A stretch of DNA of 64,000 bases, taken from positions 16,306,001-16,370,000 of the forward strand of contig JAQFVV010000010.1 in NCBI GenBank assembly GCA_028023455.1. The letters run 5' to 3'. The stretch comes from Epiperipatus broadwayi (lineage: Eukaryota > Animalia > Onychophora). Positions within the stretch are counted from its first letter, which is position 1. Each line of letters begins with the position of its first letter. The translations under genes were made by a program, and so were the position numbers. This document shows, in pieces, positions 53,142 through 64,000 of the stretch. Under the pieces are notes generated by a model, which did not search any database, had not been told where the DNA came from, and saw only the letters and a program-made list of their open reading frames with translations.

Positions 53142-54239
53142 TATATATTGAGGTAAGATTTTCCATCTATTTTCAAACAGATTAAATATCAACATTTGGT
53201 AGATTAAAAATTCATCTTATATGTTATATATTGTTGATTAACCATTGTTTTTTTTTTTTGTTTTTTTTAAACAAGTTGATATATGTTATTTCAGTGTGAA
53301 TGATTAATTAACTAGTATAAATTATTTTAACTATCATATGTATTTAAACTTAGATGGGGGGAACTTAAATCCAATAAATAGTTTTCTGCAAGAATAAATT
53401 AATATTATAAACAAGACAATGGATGTTTAATTTAGTAAGTCAGAATTGCAATCATTTTAAACTATTAATATTCTTTTTTTTTTTTTTACATATTCATGAT
53501 TTTCTAAATAATGAGTATCATAAATGGATTTCTACCGTAAGAGTAAAGGGTATGGATCTATAGAATTATTAACTGATAGAATGGTAGAGATACATATTTG
53601 ACACATGTATGTACATTATTTTATTATTATTATTGTTTAAAATACTTTATTTCTAAATTCATATTATCATTGTTAATAAATGTTAAATAGTTTGCATTAT
53701 TCAGGTCTCTGGTTTGTTGAATTGGTATGGCATTCAACAGTCCACTAATAATATTAATATGCACATACCCATTTCCTTTTCATATAATAATTTTATGGTA
53801 AATTTCTTGTTTTTCAATGCTAGTTATAACCTATACAGAGGTGCAGAAGTTGCTTCATATATCTGGTCATACCTGCTAAGGGAGTCATATTTTCCCTGGG
53901 CTCAAATATTAGGGCATATCGGAAAGGGGTGAGAGGTGGATGAACTAACCTAAATTATATCTGGTATTATTAAATAGGTATAGAGCTAGTCAATTAAAAG
54001 TACATGCAATCATGGTTAGGCATTTCATCAAGTTTTCATCAGTATCCTATGCAAAGACTCAAAGTCTGGTCGTAGTTAGATGTAACTTTCCCCATTTCCC
54101 AGCCTGGTAGGACCATTACTTATGGTGCAACCAATCAGAGCACATTGAACCATAGTTCACAGACTGTTACATCTGCATTATATCCGTCTCCAGACTTTTC
54201 CCATCTGTTACAATGGGGACAAGATCAGGAAAGTCATAA

Positions 54240-55040
54240 TCAGGAAATTATAATCAGTTAAACCTTGGCGTTGAATCAGTTCCCTTCTGTCTGGGATTTG
54301 GATAAATTTCAGACAAGTAAGCTGTCTTGGATAGGCTTCAGGTAAGGTAGCTATCTTTGTTTGATAGATTTCAGGCAAACAGCTGCCCTCTCCACATTTA
54401 AGGCTATGAATTTCAATACAAGGAAGTGGGTCATTTTCCTCTATATAAATTCAAACTCCTGCAAAAGAAAATAGTAGCAGCTCTTGGATCTATTGTCCTG
54501 CCTTCAGTTACATCTGTTCAAGGTAGCTATTCTGCGAACTCTGCTACAGCCAACAACAAACTGCAGCTATCTATTTTGATCAGCTAATTGCTACCACTTA
54601 CTCAAAAAAATTTTACTAGCCAAACTGTTCTGGCCAGCTCTTACAAAAACTGTAATCCAGACTGAACTGACTTTTTTTTTTATCAGCCCTTTTATAGAAT
54701 TGGCTTGGTGTAATAACATATTTAATTAAAAAGTTTTTTTTATCTTTTCAAAAAAATCACGAATCCTTTCAACAGCAACTTTGAAACTTTACCAAGGTAT
54801 GATGTACGTATTTTAACTTAGATATGAGATTTACCAATTAATTAAAAGATTTCCAAAATAGACATTTTTATAATTATCAGAAAACATGCTTATTTTTAAA
54901 TATCAAAATCAGAGTAGTAATAATACAATATTTAGACTTTTTAAAATGTTTTAATAATAAAATTCTATTCTAAATTCAGAGTTATTTAACCCTTTATTAT
55001 TTTTATTCCAAGTGAAATGTAGAAAATATCTACAAAAATT
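54240..55040 (+). repeat. ~800-bp direct repeat, copy 1 (LTR-like first half)
   Basis: Colinear with 57792-58570. TGTTA at 54206 and TAACA at 54718 bracket the GC-richer part, which contains tatataaa. Confidence 0.85.
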
Positions 55041-55239
55041 TATCTGATTATTTTTACTTTTCCGTTTATATATATGCACACACACAACTATGTTGCTGTG
55101 TGCCATGTAACCCAGATGGTTACACTTCCCTGCCCTGAGGGAAAAAGAAAATAGAAATGAAACACCTTTCTAACACTATTTTACATAATCTACATGTATA
55201 ATCAAAACAAAGTTTATACCTAAAACTATGTACTCATCA

Positions 55240-56700
55240 ATTTTTTTAGACATCTGACAGTTAACAAAATGAATAGTGATCCGCAATTTTGAGATAGATA
55301 AAGAATTCAGCCATTGGACTATAAGTACACAATGCACAATGAAAAACAAGAGGATTATCTCAATTGAGACACTATAAGCTACTACAACTCTTGATAAAGG
55401 TACTGTAAAAATATTTGCAAACCATTCTGCCGTGGAAGGGCTGGAAAATACAAAATTATGCCCTACTTTGAGCTTTATGGGCTGGAAAATATAAGATATG
55501 CTCTGCTCGTTTTCTTTGGCAACTTAGAGGCTGGAATCGTGGCAGGATTACGTTAACTGCTCTGTGATTAATAATATAAAATACAAAAAATGGATTGGAG
55601 CAAATAGCCGATATAGAACACCCCATGGAATTGCATGAAAACATTGCATTCTCAAACCAGTGACAAAAATATCCATCCATCATCAAAACTGAAAATACAG
55701 CTAAACAAACCTCAACAATTAAACACACAATCCAATCTCCAAAATCATTGATTTTCTATTTAACTCTAAACATGAACCTCTTCTAAACATTCATGAAAAC
55801 TACTATTTTATAATTTTTAATCATCATCAATACTCTTGTCACCTATTTCACAGTAATTTTTAAAATTTTGCATAAAATGCATGTTTTTTCTTTCTCAGAT
55901 GTGTTTTGTGATCAAGTTCATAATTTTGCAGTGATGATTAGAGTAGGTGATCATCATCAGCCTTACATTGCAACCATCTATAATGATTGCCACAGAATAT
56001 GATCATCATTGGTGCTTAGCTAGATAGCCGTTTGTAATGGGATGTGGTGGTAGGAAGTGGTCATAAAAGGGGGGTTGATCATAGTCATACCTAGGGTGAT
56101 GGCAAAATCATCATCACTCCCAGTCAATTTAAAATAAAATATCGAATTAATTATTAAAATAATGTTTAATAATCAATATATATAAATAATTTTATATATT
56201 AAAGTGAGAATATGATATATAAAAATCTTTGAGAGATCAGCCAGTTACTTTTCATAGCAATTATAAATATAATTATAAATTCACCAGCATTATCAATAAG
56301 TAAATAAAGGTATGAGTACTACTCAAAAGAAACCATTCATAATCCTGAATGATCAACAATATAATACATTGATGCAATAAATCAACAGCCCACTCTTGTA
56401 ACTGGATTGGAAATGGATTTTCTGTAGACCAGGCCAACTATTTAGCCTTTGCCAGCTTGGGAAATTATTTAAACATTAATTTGGATACACCAACTTAAGT
56501 GCTAATCTATTAGAATACATAACCATAAAAACTAATGCTGGGATATTAAAACATGCTAATCATCATCAATGCTCTGGCCACTTGTACTGGTCCACTATAA
56601 ACTTCTAATAAGACTAAACTAAAATAAAATATAGTGCATGGGTTTTAAAGGGTGTTCTTTTTTGTGTCAACCAGGATGATGATTGATCATCTCTGGATGT
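55240..56700 (+). mobile_element. Decayed non-LTR retroelement region downstream of the RT (clade uncertain; RLE- or L1-like)
   Basis: Fragments ARFLWQLRGW, KNGLEQIAD and CNWIGNG...NYLNINLDT. Confidence 0.3.
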
Positions 56701-57791
56701 CCAAAAGCACTAATATACACCCCCATTTATGCACAAACAGAAAACATAAGGTCTATTACTGTTATAGTGAACAAGAAACGATTTAATACAATTTCAATAA
56801 TTGAATACAAGTTTATTAACAATAAAAAATAAATAAATGATATTAAGGTCTGTAGAATCAGGCTTCTGATTTTGAATAATATACAATAATAAAAGTTATC
56901 ACATTGTGATTTATAAGATTAATATACAATTTTAAGTTATTACATTGATTACATTACTTATTAATAGATTTCTATAACCGCTTATATGTATCTGTACACA
57001 AGTGAGCATTTTATAATATACAGTGAAAACATTTCAATTGATTTACATAACATTTGAATTTATTCAAAATAATAGAATTACATTAATTTTTACCTAAATG
57101 TGTCTAACACACATTTGATATATCTGCACACACAGAGTGCAGGACATTTTATGACTATTTCAATCATCATAAAATAATAAATGATTAGTTTCTGTTAAAT
57201 GATATACATTTTACATACTAGGTTTACTGAAACATATATATATAATTTGCACATGTACAATACATTAATTTATCTACATAACATTTGTATTTTCACAATT
57301 AATTCTTTTTGCTGATTATTGTCTTTTTTCTTTAAAATAAGTACTGTCAAATTTTTGATTGTTGATTGATTTAAAATGTCTTTCTTTTTCTAGTCTGAAA
57401 TATTTTGGAAATCTTCTTGACTCTTAATTATAACGTTTTTTTTTTTTTTTTTTTTTAAAAAAAATTATAAATATAAATTTTAACCTTTTTTCTTTAATTA
57501 ATAAAGGATTTTTTAAACTAATATAGTTTTATATATATATCTGTCATTTGTTAAAATGTCATCCCCACTAAGGAATATGAAAATAATTTTCTTATAAAAT
57601 ATATATAGCAAATCATCTAAAAGATGTTGAGTCAAGCAAATTACTTGTTTTACTTTAAGCTACTATGTTAAAATGTCTTTTTAAGAAACATTAAAAAATT
57701 ACAACTCACTGTATATACAGTTATCTATGCTTCTCTGGATGTAGACACAGCAGCATATGTAGAACTACATCAACTGATGGGGATCAGTTAG

Positions 57792-58570
57792 TCAGGAAAT
57801 TATAATCAGTTAAACCTTGGCATTGAATCAGTTCCCTTCTGTCTGGGATTTGATAAATTTCAGGCAAGTAAACTGTCTTGGATTGGGCTTCAGGGTAAGC
57901 TGGCTGTCTTGGTTTGGTAGATTTCAGGCAAGCAACTGTTCTCTCCATATGAATTCAAACTCCTGCGAAGAAAAATAGCAGCTCCTGGATCTACTGTCTT
58001 GTCTTCAGCTACATCTGTTCATGGTAGCTATTATGCCAACTCTCTACTACAGTCAACAACAAACTGCAGCTTTCTATTTTGGTCAGCTAATTGCTGCCAC
58101 TTACTCAAAATTTTTTACTGACCAAATTGTTCTGGCCAGCTCTTACAAAAACTACAATCTAGACGGAACTGATTTTTTTTATTAGCTCTTTTATAGAATT
58201 GGCTTGGAATGATAAGAACATATTTAATTAAAAAGTTTTTTTCTTATCTTTTTGAAAAGTTCACTAATCCTTTCAACAGCAACTTTGAAACTTTACCAAA
58301 GGTGTGATATACATATTTTTACTTAGATAGAGATTTATCAATTAATTAAAAGATTTCAAAAATAGACATTTTTATAATTATCAGAAAATATGCTTATTTT
58401 TAATTTTCAAAATCAAGAGTAATAGTAATACAATATTTAGACTTTCTTAAATGGTTTAATAATAAAATTCTGTTCTAAATTCTGAGTTATTTAATCCCTT
58501 ATTTATTATTTTTAGTCCAAGTGAAATGTAGAAAATATCTGCAAAAATTTATATCTGTGTTTATTTTTAC
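57792..58570 (+). repeat. ~800-bp direct repeat, copy 2
   Basis: Colinear with 54240-55040, with scattered substitutions and indels. Confidence 0.85.
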
Positions 58571-59446
58571 ATGATTACAATATATACTAATTTTTTTAAA
58601 AAAATGATGTAGATAAGACTAAAATAACAAAGGAAGAAGTTATAAAAATCGAGATGAAGATAGGCAAAATACAAGGAATTGATAAGATTCTAGTTGAATT
58701 ATTAATGGCAATGATGGAAAAAAGATTTTAAGAAATTAATTAATGTTTATAATTTAACTTAGAAGAATGGTCAATAGATTTTCTTTCAATAGATCCAGTA
58801 ATTCCATTAAAGAAAAAACTTAATTAAATTAAATATTTTAGAACTGCATGTCCCTTGGTACTATAGTGATATTGAGTCTTGAATAAACATTTTGATAGAC
58901 TCATTATTTAAAAATCGTCTTGGTTTCAAAAATGGTAGAGATGGCAATGGTTAATGGGAATTATTATTTAAAGATACATATTGAAAAAGTAAAGTACAGA
59001 TTGGAAAGAAAATATGTTTATTAAGAAATTTATATGTGTGAACCAAAATATTTATATGGTTAAATCTTTCTATGGAAAATATAGGAAGAGGCACAATGAA
59101 GTCATTCAATGTTAGATTTATGAGGATTCAGAGAAAGTCTATTCCTCAATGGATAGCATTATTATATTAATATCATTAAAAGATTGATTTTTTTCTTTTG
59201 TAGACTAATGGAAATGTTGATAATAACACTAAACTTTGATCCAAAGTTATTGTAAATAATGATATTAGTGTTGTGTTATTAAATTTGATTGACTCTCACA
59301 AATATTTTGTTTAGGCAGAAAATTGTAATGAAGGAACTTGGATGCATTTATTTACAAAACAATGTTTATATACTACATTATAATTAGAATGTAGATATTT
59401 TTTTAGGTCAAACACTGTGAATTGTTGAACAGATCATGCATGGATC

Positions 59447-59960
59447 AGGCTTCCTTATATGCCTAATATATCTAAAAGGATGAAAACAATTTGTTCAAAT
59501 GATTATAATATCAGTTTTAGAACACCTCCTAATCTTAATCAAATTTTTATCAATACTAAAGATACATTATCTCCAAACCAATATCTACAAACAGTTTATA
59601 AAATTAAATGTAATGAACCAAAAATGCAATCCAATATATTATGGAGAATCTCGTGCCAATTGTGCTACAAGATTAGCACAACATATGAAATTAAATCTGG
59701 AAAGTATTTTGATCCTATTAATATTGGTGTTTGTACTGAATGTAATGATCAAAAAAGAAAATATAAAGAGGCATGGTTTATAGTAAATAATATCAACACA
59801 AAAAACAAGAAAGACTTGTGCATTGCATTATCGCATAAATGGCATATTTAATTTTAATGTATATATTTTATTGTAGTTCTATGATTATGACCGACCTGGA
59901 CGAAAGCAATGCTTAGATATTCTTCTTAAATTTTAAACTTTTCTGAATAGTTTTCCATTA
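59447..59960 (+). mobile_element. Penelope-like element 3' fragment (GIY-YIG endonuclease + 3'UTR)
   Basis: LPYMPNISK...VYKIKCNEPK then, after a frameshift, CNPIYYGESRANCATRLAQH, followed by RKYKEAWFI..NINTK.D...LS.KW. Confidence 0.8.
59878..59917 (+). ncRNA. Minimal type I hammerhead motif, A3-U8 variant, in the PLE 3'UTR
   Basis: TCT ATGATTA T GACC-GACCT-GGAC GAAA GCAATGC TT AGA, about 27 nt after the ORF stop. Confidence 0.65.
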
Positions 59961-61899
59961 CTATTTTAATAAATATTAATTTGGATTTTGGGGCGTATAG
60001 TATTACTTGATTCTCTTAAGAAGTGTATTATGGATATAAATAAATTTGTGCTTGAGTTAACTAAAAAGAATCATGTGATTTTTTTTTTTCTGACAATGAT
60101 TGTAGTATTAATGACTTGATTAAAAAAAAGTGATATCTGTTTGGCACAATAAAAAATTTAATATGAAGTTTCATAATCAATAGAAAAATCAAATGGCAGA
60201 AGTTCAATTATTGACAAGAAGTCTTAAACATGATTGGTGATATAACCTACTACTCATTTATTAAGATTTAGAGAAAGCTATCCATAACTTAGTGAAGGTA
60301 AAGCAGCTCTTTGTAATCTTAATTAAAATATAAATAGTGCAGATCCCGTTAAGATACTGGGAGAAATTAAAGTATGTTTATGATGTGTTAACTTCAAAAT
60401 TATTGCGCTATCTTATTTTAAGGATGCTTTTTTTGTTTCAATTTATAAAAATGAAATAAAAAGTAAAGGCTGCAGTAGTTATTGTGGAATATTATTGTGC
60501 ACTACAACAAAAGTATTTTCAAGGATTTTAATGGTTTACTTCAGGTCATAGATAAATCGTTACCAGAGACTAAATGTGCTTTTAGTAGGGCAGAATTACT
60601 GTATAAATGAATTTTGTTATCAAGTAAATATACAAAAAATATTAGAAATAAAAGAATGATTTATATATTTTTTTATTCATTTAATCAGAGCATTTGATTC
60701 AATTAATTTAATAGGTCTTTGTTATTTTATGAAATTGATTGGTTGTCCACTTCACCTGTTGATGAAAAATTTTAAGTAATTGTAAGTATTAAACAAGAAT
60801 ATGTTAATAGTTCCAACTTCTTTTTTTTTTTTTAAGTCTGTGATCTTTAGAAATGTTTATCATTGTTTTTATATAACATGCATTAAAATGCAGTATAGTT
60901 TTGATAATTGATTTTCTAATTTGAACTGATTAAAAGCAAATCAAGATTTTCATCTTCTTGGTTTCTGGATTTATGATGTGCTGATGATTAAATTATGATA
61001 TCCTTGTTAATTCCAAAGATAATATTTAGAATGTGCTTAATGTTTTGAATGCTATCTATAAAAAAATTGATTTAAAAATTAAAGTTTAAAAAATCTAGCT
61101 AGTGATGACGGAAAAATCTTTAATAATTTTTAGCATGATTCTAACCTGGAAAATGTGAGGCGATTTAAAGATCATGGTATCTTTTTAATAGAAAAGTGGA
61201 ATTTGAGGTGCAATACAGATTTCAATGTTCTGCAAATGCAGATATTTTTTCATAATAATATTATTTCTGCAACTAATTTGTTAAATATAGTTATTATTTT
61301 ATCCAATTTATTATATGGAAGTAAATTAAGGGCTCCCCAACCATATATAACACTTATTAGAAACTTTTTACTAAAGTACCTTTCATAAAATTACATTGAT
61401 AAGAGGAGTATGTTCTTCTATTTGCTGGATGCGATTCTATAGAATCTATTATTATAAAATTAGATATTTGTTGGATTGAATATATGTAGCAAATAATTTC
61501 TAAAAAAATATTGGTGAACTTGAGCATAGTTTTTGTGGGAAAGACATCCTATTTACGTTATAATGATTATCTGAAACACACTCCAAAAAAGTGCAATATT
61601 ATTTTCATTGGGGAGATATGACAGGATGAATAAAATGGAGAGTTATAATTAAACAAGTTGTTGAGCTTTAAAAAATGAAAGTTTTTTTTTGCAGTGTAAG
61701 TAGAATGGACATCCTCATAGTGATTTCTACTTACTATATAAGAGTGATATCTATCTACTGTTTTGTTGAATATTCGTTTAATTGAGTTGTGAAATTACTA
61801 TTATTGTAATAATAATGGAATTAGCATTGGGATTACTACATCAAATTTGTTGGAGTTATGGTATTATTTGAAAATTTTATGGATGAGCTTAATTAATAG

Positions 61900-62400
61900 G
61901 ATTGGCAGAATTTTAGAAAATTAAAGCTATGAAACTAGATAGAAAGGATTAAGAGTAACCATCGAAAGTTATAAAATACATTAGTGCTTTTAAATATTTT
62001 ATAAATTGTTAAACTGATGGTGGAAATAATGACAAGAATATGTGAGGGAGAATTGCAATGGCTAATTGTCTTCCAATAAGTAGGATTTTTTGGCAAATTA
62101 AAATTAGATCTAAAAAATCTTGATAAATATTTTGTTTAGAGATTTAATTTTGTATGGAACAGAAATTAAAAAAAGTGAAGAGAAAAAATTTGAAAACTTT
62201 CAGATGCCGATTTGGAGAAAAGCAGAAAAGTTTGTAAGATGAGACTAACAGTCTAGAAATGTTGAGTAGCATGAAAAGAGTTTATTCTTTGAGGAAATTA
62301 TGGAGAGGAGGAGCTATATTGACATATACAAAAAATGTCATAGAATGAAGTGAAAAACAGGGGGGTGGGAAAGAAATTGATTAATAATTTTAAAGAGAGA
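61900..62400 (+). mobile_element. Decayed RTE-type 3' region
   Basis: Remnants RIAMA, ILYGTE, E.F.M and RR...I.H. Confidence 0.5.
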
Positions 62401-62619
62401 AATGGTCTTACTTTTGATAAATAGAAAGACCCTCTTTGAGAAGGTGTTATGGTTTAGTACGTGGGATTTGTCTTTTGACATAAAACTAAATATGATAGTG
62501 ATATGTTGTTGTTTTTTTTATTGTTGAGAGAAATAAGAGAATCCAATTCTTTTGTTTGCATCAATGGTTCTCATCTGATCCTTCGTGTCAGCCGCGGGTG
62601 GTGCGATTTTCTCTATTAA

Positions 62620-64000
62620 TATTGACTTTTTTTTTTGTTTATTTGTTTACAAAGTTTACTTTCTTTCGTTTCTGAATTATTTTTCCCAAATAATATTTTT
62701 GACGATGGGATAATAATAGTTGTTTTTTTTTTTTAATTTTTATTGACAAGAGGGTCTTTTTTGGTGTGTGTTCAAATAGTAATTTGTGTGTTTTTTTTAA
62801 ATAGTATTACTGTTTTTGTAAAATTGGATTGCCAAAATTTAAGAGAGAACGTTTTTTTTTTGATGGATCTTTAAATAATAATAGACGTTACTTTGATAGG
62901 TTTACATTTGATTGCCAACAACAATTAGTGGGAGGGGTGTTTTTGTGTATGATTAAATAATAATTTACATTACTTTTATAGGTTTACATTTGATTGCCGA
63001 CAACAATTATTGGGTGAAGTGTTTTTTTTCCCCGTGTGTGTGTGTGTGTGTATGTTTAAATAAAAATTAAAGTTACTTTTATCGGTTTACATTTGATTGA
63101 CAACTGATTTTATCTTCCTTTCGTTTATAAATTATGGTTTTGGTTCTACAAATAAATATTTTTGACAATGGGACAATAATAGTTGTTGTTTGTTTAATTT
63201 TTATTGACAAGAGTGTGTTTTTTGGTGTAGGTTCAAATAGTAATTTGGGTTATGTTTAAATAATAAGTTACGGTCTTACTTTGATTGGTTTACATTTGAT
63301 TGCTGACACTAATTATTGGGAGGGGTGTTTTTTTGTGTGTATGATTGTAGACAACAATTATTGGGAGAAGGGGTGTAACCATTTAAAGAGTAGTAGTTTC
63401 CGTTACTTTTAGTGCTGGTGTACATTTAATTGCTGACAATAATTAGTGAGAGGGGTGGGTGTTTTGGGGTGATGATTAAATACTAATTTACGTTCCTTTT
63501 ATTTTACATTTGATTGCCAACAACAATTATTGGGAGAAAGGGGTTGTTTTTTTGTGTATGTTTAAATCAAAATTGAAGTTACTTTTATCGGTTACATTTG
63601 ATTGACAACCGATTTGAGTTTTTTTTTTTCGTTTATAAATTATGGTTTTAGTTTCCCCAAAACCTAATATTTTTGACAATGGGACAATAATAGTTGTTGT
63701 TTCTTTCATTTTTATTGACAAGAGCGGATCTTTTTTGGTGTATGTTCAAATAGTAATTTGGGTTACGTTTAAAAAATAATTGCTTTACCTTACTTTTAGT
63801 ACTTTACATTTGATTGCCGACAACAATTAGTGAGAGGGGTGTTTTTGTATACGATTAAAGAATAATTGTACGTTACTTTTTTTTTTTACATTTGATTGCC
63901 AACAACAATTATTGGGAGAAAGGGTTTTGCATTTTATTTTTTGTTTGTGTGTATGTTTAAATCAAAATTTAAGTGACTTTTATCGGTTACCATTTGATTG
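62620..64000. repeat. Higher-order tandem repeat (463-511-bp units built from ~80-100-bp subunits), running off the window
   Basis: The anchor gac[g/a]atggga..ataatagttg occurs at 62701, 63164 and 63675. The subunit motif tacatttgattg recurs about ten times. Confidence 0.9.

Noticed and set aside
62620-64000. CRISPR-like array
   Set aside because: Eukaryotic context, degenerate repeats, homologous spacers and no cas genes.

Overview
Very AT-rich, CpG-depleted eukaryotic DNA, probably from an invertebrate animal (the taxon cannot be fixed from this window). There is no intact long ORF. The window is dominated by decayed transposable elements: RTE-clade LINEs, Penelope-like elements (PLEs), hAT remnants, a pogo/Tigger-like MITE and a higher-order satellite at the right edge. 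A CpG-enriched, promoter-like island with clustered RFX X-boxes lies at about 25-27 kb, and a few tentative host exons are present. The most notable signal is a set of self-cleaving ribozyme motifs folded by hand. (1) An HDV/CPEB3-like ribozyme begins exactly at the TSD-defined 5' end of an RTE. (2) Type I hammerheads occur in four or five PLE-related families; two unrelated families carry a non-canonical ATGATTA core (A3-U8 in place of C3-G8). (3) Most hammerhead-bearing insertions are fold-back palindromes whose ribozyme strands read outward from the centre. All folds, alignments and translations were done by eye and need computational and biochemical confirmation.
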